Notes under the pieces: generated by a model
What the model was told of the DNA's origin: nothing
The model's database searches: none
What the model saw: the letters and a program-made list of their open reading frames with translations, nothing else
Translations under genes and position numbers: made by a program
Source of the DNA: Trypethelium eluteriae
Lineage: Eukaryota
Direction of reading: 5' to 3'
Assembly: GCA_051942245.1 (NCBI GenBank)
Contig: JAVECL010000060.1
Span: forward strand, 1 to 64,000
Length of the DNA: 64,000 bases
Shown here: one piece after another, positions 52,527-64,000 of the stretch
Layout: every line of letters begins with the position of its first letter
Position numbering within the stretch: position 1 is the first letter of the stretch

Positions 52527-54575
52527 TCACATATGCCCATGACCATCATCCTCCCCGCCGCCCCGCTGCTCCGGATCCAGCTTGATCATCGTATCGATCC
52601 GCATGATCGCCACGCACGCCTCCACCGCGCTCTTCAACTGCTTCACCTTGCTCATACTCGGCTCCAACACGCCCTGCCGCACCTGATCCACCACCCGACC
52701 CTTCGCCAGATCGAGCCCGTAGTTCTTGTAGTTCTTCCGCTTCGCCAGCGTCTTCTCGTCCTCGGTACCTTGCTGCTTCTCCGGCGACCCCAGTTGCTTC
52801 TGTTGCTGCTGTTGCTGAATCTGCTGGTGGCCCTGCTGCCCCTGCGGCTGGCCCTGCTGCCCCTGCTGCTGTTGCGTCGTCCCTGCAGACGCAGGAGGCG
52901 CGCCGTTCGGCGGCGCGGATTCTGCGGGGGTAGAAGAGGGGCGGGACGCTGGGTTGTGCGAGGCACCTGGCGAGGAAGGGCCGCCGCCGCCGGTGGTGGT
53001 GCGTTGGGAGAGGGCGTGGCGCGAGCGGAGCTGGGCGACGAGTTCGGTGGCGTCGATGGCGGCGTTGACGGCGAGCGTTTTCGGGATGATAAGGAGGGAT
53101 TGCGCGAATTCGCCGATGGCGAGTTGTTCGCGGGAGCCCTGGTGTTAGCGGATGTTAGTCGATCATGATAATGGGAATGGGGGGTTTGGGCCCGGGGGAA
53201 GACGTACGACTGAAGTAGCCCATTCTTCGAGGTAGATGTGGAGGGCGGTTTCGACGGCGCCGCCGCCGGGCACAATGCGTCCGCTTTCGAGGGTGCGTTT
53301 GACGGCGGAGAGGGAGTCGTGGACGGAACGCTCCATTTCGTCAAGGGAGTATTCGTTGGGGCCGCGGAGGATGATGGAGGAGGATGTGTGGACTTTGGTG
53401 CCTTTTACGAGGATGCATTCGTCGTCAGATATCCTCTCTTGGACGACTTCCTCTGCTTGGCCGAGGTTTGAAGCCTCAAATTTCTCGTCGCCGTTCAGAT
53501 CTGACAGCGAGCTGACAAGTGTAGCTCCGCTAGCCTTAGCTATCCGTCGCAGATCTTCTTTCTTACATCTCCGTACAGCCATCGCGCCGCGCTCTATGAA
53601 CAATTTCAGACAGAGATCGTCGATGCCCTTAGTCGTGAAAACAACGTTCGCGCCAGCCTTGAGGATCATCTCAACACGCTCCACAACAATACCGGCCTCC
53701 CGCTCCCTTATCTTTTCCAATTGCTGAGGGTCATCAATTGTGATATGCACGCCCAGCTTCATCCTCTCTTTCTGCAGATTCATGTCCAAACAGGCAATTT
53801 TGGCGTCAGGTATCCGCGTCTTCATTGCCTGAGACGCAACTGTGCAGTTCAGAGCATAGCCTCTTACTAGGACAGATTCTGTAGCGCTCTTGCCATGTGC
53901 TTTGAGTAGGTTTACAGCCTTGACTGGATATTTCACTTCATTTCGGTTGTTGGTTGTCTTGACAGATTGCATGGCATCCACGCATATGCTTGCAAAGAAA
54001 TCCGAATCCGATCCGATGATCTTGGATGACATAGAGGTCTTCGCGATGTTGACCAGACTCTCGCGACCCAGATTCTCCACTCTTGTGCTAATATGTTCAC
54101 TCATATACCGTACGGCTTCTCTTAAGGCTAGGCGGTAGCCGGTGATGATGGTTGTAGGATGTATGCGATTCTTCATGAGCTCATTCGCCCTCCTCAGAAG
54201 CTCCGCTGCAATCAGCACAACCGACGTAGTACCATCTCCAACCTCTTTATCCTGCTGTTGTGCTAAATCCACCAAAATCTTGCCGGCGGGATGTTCGATG
54301 TCAAGAAGTCCCAGGATTGTAGCACCGTCATTTGTGACCGTCACGTCTCCAATATCGTCCACCATCATCTTGTCGAGCCCTGAAGGTCCAAAGGAGCTCC
54401 GAACGACATTTGCGATTGCTTGCGTCGCAAGTACATTTTGATCTCGAACGTCAGAGCCAGTAATTTTTTGGCCGCCGAGGACTAGGCAAAGAATAAGCAT
54501 ATACGATATTAGTCTAGGCTCTTTCGACTTACAGAGTGTTCCAGCATTCCGCGGTGCTTCGAAAATGCCTGCCAT
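52527..54575 (-). CDS. CCT1: Chaperonin CCT/TRiC alpha subunit, 3 exons
   Basis: SSFGPSGLDKMMVDDIGDVTVTNDGATIL, EVGDGTTSVV, GGGAVETAL, last exon GSREQLAIGEFA...YKNYGLDL...IMRIDTMIKL. Confidence 0.96.
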
Positions 54576-54919
54576 GTTGAGCACTATTGTCGGTGTGTGG
54601 ATATGGTACTGTGCCTAATGGATGGGATTTAGAGATTTAAAGATTGACGCGCTGCTACGCGATGCCATCTTGACAAAATATTGGCGGATTGGGACAGCAG
54701 TGCGACCAGGCCCAAATTCACCCCACATTCAGAAACAGTCATTGCCATTATGACTACACCTTGGCTACCTCAACCACCCGCCCCTTTTTCGAGTCAATTA
54801 GTGCCAGTGGCTTTTCAACGATCTATCTTGAAAAAGAATTTCTCTTCGATTTCTTCAGAATTTCGAGCAGACCCCCCAACAAACCCCACCTGAGTCTTCG
54901 ATAGACCCCTCAATCCACC

Positions 54920-56674
54920 ATGGCAGAGGAGCAGAGGGCGGAGCTCCCTGCGCGGGAAAAGGAGGGTCAGAGCCAGCAAAAGAAAGACAAGCCTAAGAAG
55001 GAACCGAAAGACAAGTCACAGCAAGCTCCAAAGCAGCAGCAGCAAAAAAAGAAGATCGAAGGCGCTGCACTCATTGGTATTGACATACGAAAAGAGGATG
55101 ATCTTGCAGAGTGGTACCAGCAGGTCTTGACCAAGGGCAACATGCTTGACTACTCTGACGTTCCTGGCTGTTACATCTATGAACCTGGCTCGTGGCATGT
55201 TTGGGAGCAGATACAAGCCTGGTTTAACAAAGGGATTCGGAAGTTGGGTGTGAGGAATTGCTATTTCCCATTATTCATTTCAGAAGCAAATCTACAGAGG
55301 GAGAAGGACCACCTCGAAGGGTTTGCAGCAGAAGTTGCCTGGGTCACCGAAGGGTAAAAAGAGAGGCAATTTTTCTTCAAAGCCTATAACTGAAGCTTTC
55401 GCAGGGGCAAGAACAAGCTCGAGAAACGATTAGCTGTACGACCCACGTCGGAAACAGCCATGTACGGCTATTTCGCTGAAAAGATCCGAAGTCATCGGGA
55501 CCTTCCTCTCAAACTGAACCAATGGAACAACGTCGTCCGGTGGGAATTTAAACATCCAATGCCATTCATACGGTCGCGGGAATTTCTCTGGCAAGAAGGC
55601 CATACCGCGCATTTGACTGAACAGAGCGCTGGAGAAGAAGTCTTGAGCATTCTTGACTTATATGCTGGTATATATGAAGAGCTTCTTGCTGTTCCGATGG
55701 TGAAGGGTAGGAAAACGGTTAACGAGCAATTTGCTGGTGCGTATTATACAACAACAGTCGAAGGTTTCATTCCAGCCACAGGACGAGGTATTCAAGGAGG
55801 GACAAGTCATTGCCTCGGCCAACACTTCAGCAAAATGTTCAACATTACTGTTGAAGATCCAACCTTTAAACAGGGAGAGGACAAGAAGCCTCCAATCCAT
55901 GTCTGGCAGAACTCTTGGGGATTCACTACACGTTCAATCGGTGTCATGATCTTGACTCATGGAGACAATAAAGGTCTCGTCATCCCTCCACGCGTATCTG
56001 AAATCCAGGTTGTCATCGTTCCCGTCGGCGTCACAGCAAAAACATCTGACGAAGACCGTGAAAAGCTCTATAAAGAGGCTCAAGCTATGAAGATCCTCCT
56101 TGAGAACGTTGAACCAAACCCCCTCCGCGTCGAAGTTGACATGCGAGAGGGCTACTCCCCAGGCTGGAAGTTCAACGACTGGGAGCTCAAGGGAGTGCCT
56201 CTACGTCTCGAATTTGGTCCCAAAGATCAAGCGGCGCATAGGGTCACCACGTCTCGTCGAGACCAGGAAGGCAAGGGCGAGATTGCTATCGATCAACTTG
56301 CCACCGAGATTCCGAAACTACTTGAGGTCATCCAGTCAGACATGTACAACAGAGCAAAGACAGACTTTGACTCTCATCGCAAGGTCATCACGGACTGGAA
56401 TGAGGTCGTGCCTACACTGAATGCCAAAAACGTGATCATCATTCCACACTGTTTAGAAGGCGGCTGTGAGGACAAGATCAAGGAGCTTACTGCGAGGAAA
56501 TCAGAAGGAGATTCGGCGGCGGAGGATGCACGGGCTCCGAGTATGGGTGCGAAAAGCTTATGCATTCCGTTCGAACAACCCAAGCTAGGGCTTCTTGAGG
56601 GCGAAACAAAATGTCTGAATCCAGAGTGTGAAAGCAAAGCCAAGACATGGGTCATGTATGGCAGGAGCTATTAG
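54920..56674 (+). CDS. Cytosolic prolyl-tRNA synthetase, 2 exons
   Basis: EKDHLEGFAAEVAWVT, AVRPTSETAMY, QWNNVVRWEFK, REFLWQEGHT, GIQGGTSHCLGQ, SMGAKSLCIPF, C-terminal GRSY. Intron about 55354-55404. Confidence 0.96.
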
Positions 56675-57406
56675 ACAGGACACGGAAACACGATATGACG
56701 AGCCACAGGGCCTCTAATAATGGCGTTCAAGAGAGCTCTGGATTTGTAGTATACCATTGGTCTCGGCAGATGAAAAGACTTGCCTCATTACAGCCTTGTT
56801 TCCTCCAATGCTTCCCTAATCCTAAGCTTTGGCCCCACCGGGCGATTTTGTTAGAGCGGATTAGTAAGATGCTTATCGAGGGAAGGCTACGATACATAGC
56901 CGGAGCCTCTCTTCGTTGCTTCAGCATTCAACTTAATCGCTCCAGCCGTCATTCGTATCTCCTCACCACCGCCGCCTTTGAATCGTAATATTTCATGTAT
57001 ATTGCGGAGAGATGGAGGGGCACGGTAGATTTCTTCCTCTTTCGGCTCAAGGCCAGGGTTGTATGTGCTTCGCCTTCTCGCCAGCCAGCGCTAAATAAGT
57101 GCTGGATGAAGATGCAGCCTCACTCCTAGGTACTTACGACGCCTGATCTAGGAAGACTTAAATCATCCTACGAAACAATGCCGCTGCACTGCCTCAGTCT
57201 TTCTTGAACAGGGTATCGATGCTCCATTTGCACAACTTTTACCCTGACGCTCTATGTCGTTTTTGAGGCGGAGCACGTACTCGATAGGCGGAAGCCCAGG
57301 TCTGGATACATAATGGTGGCATATTTTCTCATTGCATCATTCCAGATCATGTCAGACCTTGCGCACTCATCTCTCTGAAGCTATGCTGTAGATTGATGAA
57401 AGCAGT

Positions 57407-59122
57407 ATGGGACTACCCCTGCATCGCAATGCTGTCGACACACTGATTCTCAGCTGGATCTTTACGTTCTTGGCCACGGTATCGATGCTTGGCTTCATCT
57501 GGTCTCGTCATTTAGCGAAGGCACACGTGGGTTCGGACGATCTACTGCTTTTTGCTGCATACATAAGCAGTCTTGGCCTGGTTGCTGTCACGACCTGGGC
57601 AATCTCGCTGGAAGGTCAAGCAGAACATTTGGATAATCTTACCCGAAGTGAAGCTGCATGGATCGCCAAAGTATGGTCACTCCCACTCTTCTTCTTGGCA
57701 TACTGAGTACTTAACCACTGACTTTGTGACTACCCAGTCATTGTTCGCAAATGAGCTACTCTGGGGATTCATCAACACTCTTCTTCGCTTGTCCGCCTGC
57801 CTCTTCGATTTGAAGATATTTGGTACTTCGCGCCGGGTTGAGATTTCAATCTGGATCCTTGAGGCACTTTCAATCATACAGTGGCTTGTAACTTTAATGG
57901 AATCATTGCTTATATGTAAACCTTCGCGTAAAGCCTGGAAGCCTGCTATTCCGGGCCATTGCGGCAATGAGATCTTAGCCTACATTTGGCTTGAATCAGC
58001 CGGGCTCTTTATTGACCTTGCTATAGTCTTAGTGCCCTTAATGGAAATATATCGGCTACAAATACGTATGACCCAGAAACTCTCAATCGGTGCACTTTTC
58101 GGAATCGGCTTGCTGTAAGAGCTCAGGTTTACTTGTAATATGACAAGCTAATTCTAAGGATCAGTGTCGTTATCATCTCCGGAATGCGAATTAGTGCGCT
58201 TCATGATGTTACCTCTGCAGATTTCACGTATTCCAGGAACTCACTCGGCTTGCTATCTACGCTAGGCGTTTTCGTTACCATCATTTTGGCAGGTACTCTA
58301 AGCCTTCGCCCACTCCTTAGCCATCTCAAAAAGAAGACTCAAAAATTTACCGCCTCACTCACCGTCTACGAGCGCACACGCAGCTGGACAAGAAGACACA
58401 ACTTCCTGTCGAAAACTGGGACCAGCTATATGCATTCCTCGCAGGTCGAAATAAGCTCGCCCAACATCAATGCCAGCCCCATTCATAGAGACGTCCCAGT
58501 TCATTTGAACAATATCGAAGCTGACCAGCATTCGATCAACCCTGGCTTTGGCTGGTCGTATCAATTGGCTCATTCTTTGAGGATCGCTTACCATGAGCCA
58601 CAGGAGAGTGACCTCATCAACTGGCAAGATTCCCTCCAAACCAGAGACGGTTCCGACCGTATCCCATTTGATGACTTCCAATGGCTTCTTCAAGCTCTAC
58701 AAATCCCCACTGCTAGCTACATTTTTGGGGATAGCTATCAACGAACACTTGCCGCCACCGATGCACGATGTCTTCGCAGCCAGAATACAAAAAATGAATG
58801 GGAATTTTTGAGCTCTGGAAGTCCGGCGTCTACATACAAGCGCACTGCAATAGACATTTTCAGAATTTTCACTGACATTGTGCCTGGTTCGCCTCCACAA
58901 TTTTCGTTCGACTGCCGCAAGGGTATCGAGGAGTGGCGTGCGAGCCTTATGAACACCCGTCATAACAACAGCTTCAAAGGGCACGATCAAATTGACTCAG
59001 CATGGACGACGAACGGCAGAACAAGCATTCATAGAAGCACAGAGGTAGAAAACCATGAGTGTAAGTCAGGGCACAATGCGAAATTTATAGACTTCTCGAC
59101 TAAACCGCATGATAACCGCTGA
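57407..59122 (+). CDS. PTH11-like integral membrane protein with an unusually long C-terminal extension
   Basis: GSDDLLLFAA, LRLSACLFDLKIF, LICKPSRKAWKPAIPGHC, IDLAIVLVPL..IYRLQ....KLSIGALFGIG, then MRISAL. Introns about 57671-57737 and 58115-58158. Confidence 0.7.
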
Positions 59123-59124
59123 CG

Positions 59125-59478
59125 ATGGCGACAGACTCATGTCCGTATATTGTTACAGTGGAATTGCATTCATTCAAAGATAAGACAAATGAATTTATTG
59201 AAGCATGGTTTCAAGACGCCCGTCGCGATTTGCTTGCCGACGCGGCTGGCTTTACGCAAATCGATCACCACATCATGGATTCTACCTCGACGCTGAAAGA
59301 CATTGGACAGCGGCCACAGAAAGAAATTTACCGGCTGGATCGCTTTGAAATACTTCATCCGCGCTTACCTGAAGTTGCGGTGGGAAATCAAACCGCATGG
59401 TTGGCAAGTCATCTCGATGACGGCAAAGCTATCATCGTACGTGGCTTGCAGCTATCAGTGCCAACAATTCATGTCTAG
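59125..59478 (+). CDS. Hypothetical 117-aa protein, or frameshifted continuation of the upstream ORF
   Basis: Protein-like composition; the ATG lies 2 nt after the upstream TGA. No recognised motif. Confidence 0.35.
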   Translation: MATDSCPYIVTVELHSFKDKTNEFIEAWFQDARRDLLADAAGFTQIDHHIMDSTSTLKDIGQRPQKEIYRLDRFEILHPRLPEVAVGNQTAWLASHLDDGKAIIVRGLQLSVPTIHV

Positions 59479-60853
59479 GTAGACCATTGCTAGGACTTCG
59501 AGACTCTTAGAGGCATGGTCACTCGTCCTCGTGGTTACGCTGAGACTAAAATAAGATACTGAATCAGCCCTTCAGGAAATAGTCAGTGAAATATTGCAAG
59601 AGATACTGGGGAACCAAGATCCGATGACGACGAGCCGACTCGAACGGAAACCAGGTCTTGGAGAGATTTGGCCATTCGACCTAATGAACTGAGTGTTGGT
59701 CCAGCTACGCCTTTCACATAGTTGTAGGCTGTGCAGTAGTGTTTATTCGCGTCGCTTCAAATACGCGAGGATCTCTCGGCTCTCCCGATTCGAGTCATAT
59801 CGAATCACTTCTCTCATCGAGAGTGACAGAGTGACACCATAATGACCCAGCTACTTTGTTCCCAAAGACATGTGTCTTAGTACTCACATTGCGATCGTAG
59901 ATGACGTATCGAGTGGAGTTTTCGCCGAATGAAATCCAAACGAGTGGGAATTCTGGCCGCTGCGATTTGTCCGGCAAGATTTTAGCATCGCACTTATCAG
60001 GTAAGGTCGACCTGGATTCATGCAGAGCGTAGACTCAAACAGTATATCATGAAAACGACCCGCATGCTTTCTGAAAGATTCATTGCTGCCTTTTTAGGGT
60101 CGTGTTGATTAGAGACTTGGGCCACCAGGCGGTCATTTGAGCAGTACTCTATAGACAAGCAGCGATGGTTCTATAGAAGTTGAAATGAAAGGGAATTGGC
60201 AGGCTCTATACTCTTATCCATTGAAATAGTTTAGTTTTGACAGCAAGAGATTAGCCAATATATTGATGCAAACTCTACTTGAGACCGAAGCTTTACTCTA
60301 TGTCGGGTAGGTCACTTTCGAGACATGGAATCCAGAGACTCTATCAGCTCCTCTCTAGGGAAGGACTGAATCCATAAACGAGCTTGAGATACTGGATCTT
60401 TAGGAGCCTCCATTGCAAATATGGCACAGCTGCTCATCCGAAAATAGCATTGTGTATGTCTATGGACGCCCCGTCGAACGGAAAGGCACAGTCAAGATTG
60501 ATACCGCTGCTCGTAATGTTGATGTTCAGAGACATCCAGCGTCTGTGGCACCGATTGGGAAGGCTCCTTTTCATTGCGCTATGGAGAAACTGTTGGGAGG
60601 ACATCTTCAATGGATTGGACGTTCTCCAATGCAGATCGCTACAGTGCACAGTCGAAACGACTCTCATCATTGACATATTTTGCTGGTGTATTGACGCCAC
60701 CGTAGAGGAATTGCCTCCACATAGAAAAAAGCCATGCAAAATTGCTTTGCCGGTTGGGGTCTCTCAATGAAGTCCTGGGCATCCATGTCGGCTTAGTATG
60801 TCAAGATTAAATTAATTGCTCGTTCGACGACGAAACATAACCTATCAGCTATA

Positions 60854-61641
60854 TCACTGTTGTTCATCAGATATCTCAAGAGCCTCTTTTAGCTCCATCG
60901 ACCATTGACGAACTGGCTTCTTCCCCTCTTTGAGTTCCTGATAGGACGATCTGAGCGGCTCCGGAATTTGGCTCGTATCTAAAAACCCATCGTCGTCGAC
61001 GTATTCCCACATGTATGTAATCATAGGCATTGCAAGAGAGCCCATACGCTCTCCGAGATCGCGTGCGCGCAGGCGTAGGAAGGCTTCCAACAATACGTGA
61101 GACTGTGGGACAAGGACTGGAGGCTGGTCTGACTTGAAGAAGCCCGATCCCCGACCTGGTCGCTGAGGTGGAAGAACAGTTTGATCGGACGCAAGGACGA
61201 GATGCTGGGGAAGCTTAAGCCTCCAGGGGGGGGACAAAGAGCTATCGAGCGGTGGGAGGAACCAGAGCGTCTTTGATTGTAGATAAAGGGCCACCGTGAC
61301 TTCCGAAGCGTCAATATGCAAGTGGAAGGCTGGTGGCGGCGTGGGGCGCATCAGTGAGCTTGTGGGGCAAACTTCCTGGTCCAAACAGGGTTTGAGGCTC
61401 TGAATTTGAGCGAGAGCCTTAGCGCCAGCCTCCAAATGATCGTCCGGAACGACAAAGTCAATCGACTTGCAAAGCGTCAGTAAAAGTTTAGGGACTAATT
61501 CCATTGTCAAATACCCACGCCGACGATGGATGGTACACCGTGAACATTGAGAAGAGGATGGCCCCATAGAATGCAGGGAATCTTGGTTCGGTTGAGAACC
61601 TGCGCAATGGACGCTATGAACAATTCTGAAAGGTCGGACAT
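60854..61641 (-). CDS. Hypothetical protein (244 aa) with a degenerate nucleotidyltransferase-like N-terminus, 2 exons
   Basis: Exon 1 (61641-61519) MSDLSELFIASIAQVLNRTKIPCILWGHPLLNVHGVPSIVG; a 53-nt GT-AG intron with a ctgac branch site; exon 2 begins SIDFVVPDD. The frame is preserved. Confidence 0.7.
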
Positions 61642-62683
61642 GTTCTATACTCTCTTGTTGGCAGTCTTGTCCGTCTATGTGCTCATGAAGTCGTCTGCTG
61701 TGATCAAAGAATCAAAGTTGGAGGTGGTGTGACCGCAGGAAAATACAAATGGATACGTTGACTAGGTCCCTGACCAGAGTTGTACCTCTATGAGAATTCG
61801 TAACGCTTCGTATGATTAGGTATACTTGCAATTTTGTGATGAATGTGAACTCAGGCCTTGCGTAATGCCCTTTGCTCACTGCCTACGATCGGCGAGGACG
61901 ACCCGCCCATAGGGTTAGAGGTATTTATTATTGCCCCTGTTGCCGACCGGCTTAGGTAAGTCGTCGTTACTCGATCTCGATGCCGCGTCAGGGCGGACCC
62001 GAATTACTAATTAGGTAGGTAATATTAGGCAGCGCCTTGTCTCAATCTGGACATGTGCATAAAATCTACAACCGCAGTTAGCTTCACGTGCAATACATGT
62101 AGGGACCTTGCATGACCTCGTCCACAACATCTCTATAAAATCAAGAGCTCTTGTAATCAGCAATAGTCTTTACCTGTAAAGTTGTATTTCTGGGGCCAAC
62201 TACGATCTTGGGAATGGCTTTACGCTCCTCGGCTTGCCTCCATGCTCCTTGGATTGCCTTTACGCCCGCCAAGTCACATTGGGCCCCGCCTGGTTGACTT
62301 TGCGCCCATTAGGTTGCATTTGCTCCATTTTTGTGATGAGGAGTCTTTATGATTGGCGTGCATATTGTGTGCGACCTTACGAGGCATCTTCTGCATGGAC
62401 ATATCTCCGTGACTTCCCGCAGTCTTCGCCAATCAGTGGGCAGATGTTACACCCATTGCTCTGTCGACTTATATACGCTGTGTCACTGAAGTTCTGCTGC
62501 GTACTGATCCCTAAGCTCCAGAACTTCCCAGTATGCCAATACTACTTCTGTTCCCCTTTATCCTGTCATAGTATCTCCAATCCAAAGCCGCCTCTCAGCT
62601 TACCTAGCATTTAGCCTCTATACCCACACTACTACGAATCGAGTTCGTGCAACATCAGTCTTCTTGCGTGATCGTCCAGCGCC

Positions 62684-63410
62684 ATGCAGGCACAAAAGCG
62701 GCTCGAAATTGCCGCTGTCAATGTCATCAGAATTCTCAAGGACATCAGCGAATTCAGAGAGGCCAGGATTGCGGTTATTGGTGGGCTCGCCCTCTGGAAA
62801 TACAATCCCGCTGGAAGAACCACCAATGTATTTGAGGTCCATACCCTAAGTTACCATTTGTCAGTCCTAAATAGCAGCTAGGATGTCGATTTCATTGTCA
62901 GTATAGACAGTGCCCCACAGGGTGTCAAGCAAAAGCTTCTAGCTCTTCCCAACTCCTTCTTTACCCAGCAGGCCGAGTTCTTTCTTTACAAGAGTCCAGA
63001 TGGATCTAATATCCAAATTGACATCACACCGGAGTGGCAGGCTTGTGCACCCTTTCCAGAGATAGCCCTCATATCTTCTAGAGAATCTAACATTCCTTCC
63101 TTAGTCTCCGTACATGCCAAGTGCAGCAGAGAAGCTCAAAGATATCCCGGATGGAACTGTCCCATATATCTCGCCAATCGATCTCATCATCTTCAAGATA
63201 AATTCCTGCGGTTTACGGGCACAACTGACCAAAAGAGTTACCGATGCCTCTGATGCCGAGACACTGCTGGAAATGGAGACATCGCGTTCGCCGCTTAGCC
63301 TCACCGCTACGCAGCAAGCTACAGTAGAAGCCTGCATCGCGGATGTGGTCACGCACGGCTCAATGACCGAGGAGTGGTGGAGAGAGCGTCTCGGACTGCC
63401 CGCTCGTTAG
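62684..63410 (+). CDS. AbiEii/MenT-like (Pol-beta superfamily) nucleotidyltransferase, 202 aa, 3 exons
   Basis: Exons 62684-62827, 62882-63040 and 63105-63410 join in frame: IAVIGGLALWKYNPAGRTTN|DVDFIV...IQIDI...|...YISPIDLIIFKINSCGLRAQLTKRVTDASDA. Confidence 0.75.
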
Positions 63411-64000
63411 TTTCGTCGACTGCAAAGACCAGCAGTCTCATTTCATTGGAAATTGCCCTTGATGGTGCATGAATCGGCTGTACTGCACCAATCTTGAAAT
63501 GCTCGCAATAAAGAATTAGAGTTTGCTCTTCTCACGGTCTTGGACGCTTATAGTGAGGCCCTCACCATCGCTACACTTACTCATCCCTGTCTACTCATCT
63601 CTGAATGGGCTCTGCATGTGACCGTTTGCGATGATGTTGTATCTATGTGTGTGAAGGAGATAGAGTTAGAGACTTCCTATATATCTACTATTCTACTAGA
63701 AGAAATTTGCATTCATCAACTTGGTGATGTACGTGATGTGGTAATTGAATTGTCCTATGTATGCTCGGGAACTAGATCGTCAATTAGTTGTGCCCCAAGC
63801 CTTCAACCTATGGCCCGAAGAGAGCAACCTCAAATTTTAGATACAAATAGCCAACGACGACGTAGGATGTGCTGGGAACCCATCTCTGAGCTCCGATCGA
63901 GGCACTGCACCGTGATCGGTCACGATATTACATGGTTGACCAAAGAAAATCCCAGGGAATGCATTGTATAGACTAGGATATCTCGCATAAAACACAGTAG

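Noticed and set aside
52470..53344. 232-aa + ORF and 230-aa - ORF overlapping the CCT1 3' end
   Set aside because: Off-frame or antisense products of the GC-rich last exon of CCT1.
59800..60800. Short ORFs on both strands, possibly a decayed gene
   Set aside because: No consistent frame or motif could be reconstructed.
63540..63971. 143-aa ORF at the right edge
   Set aside because: It has a non-ATG start and no motif, so it cannot be supported.
1..64000. tRNA, rRNA or other structured ncRNA genes
   Set aside because: None was recognised by eye. A tRNAscan-SE/Infernal run would be needed to exclude them.

Overview
Intron-containing DNA from a filamentous ascomycete (Pezizomycotina). Conserved genes lie towards both ends: the SSN8/cyclin C tail, a Zn2Cys6 transcription factor and HEI10 on the left, and an SNG1-like gene, BUD3 RhoGEF, CCT1 and cytosolic ProRS on the right. 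Between them is an accessory region (about 12-44 kb) with a RIP-damaged pogo/Fot1 transposon, several MITE/foldback elements and a decaying secondary-metabolite cluster. The cluster has apparently intact tailoring genes (two P450s, a thioesterase, a methyltransferase, an SDR, a Rossmann-fold protein, an MFS pump, a PTH11-like protein and an aminotransferase), a GMC oxidoreductase pseudogene, and an HR-PKS whose KS-AT half was deleted together with most of a divergent P450. The most interesting candidate for an undescribed system is at 60.8-63.4 kb. It is a divergent pair of small spliced genes, one with a complete AbiEii/MenT-type nucleotidyltransferase signature and one with a degenerate NTase-like N-terminus, and may be a fungal toxin/partner module. 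Other oddities are a ~75-aa Q/P/S/G insertion in CCT1 and a GC-rich coiled-coil gene split by an in-frame TAA-ATG. All gene models and family calls come from manual translation and motif recognition; no database searches were run.
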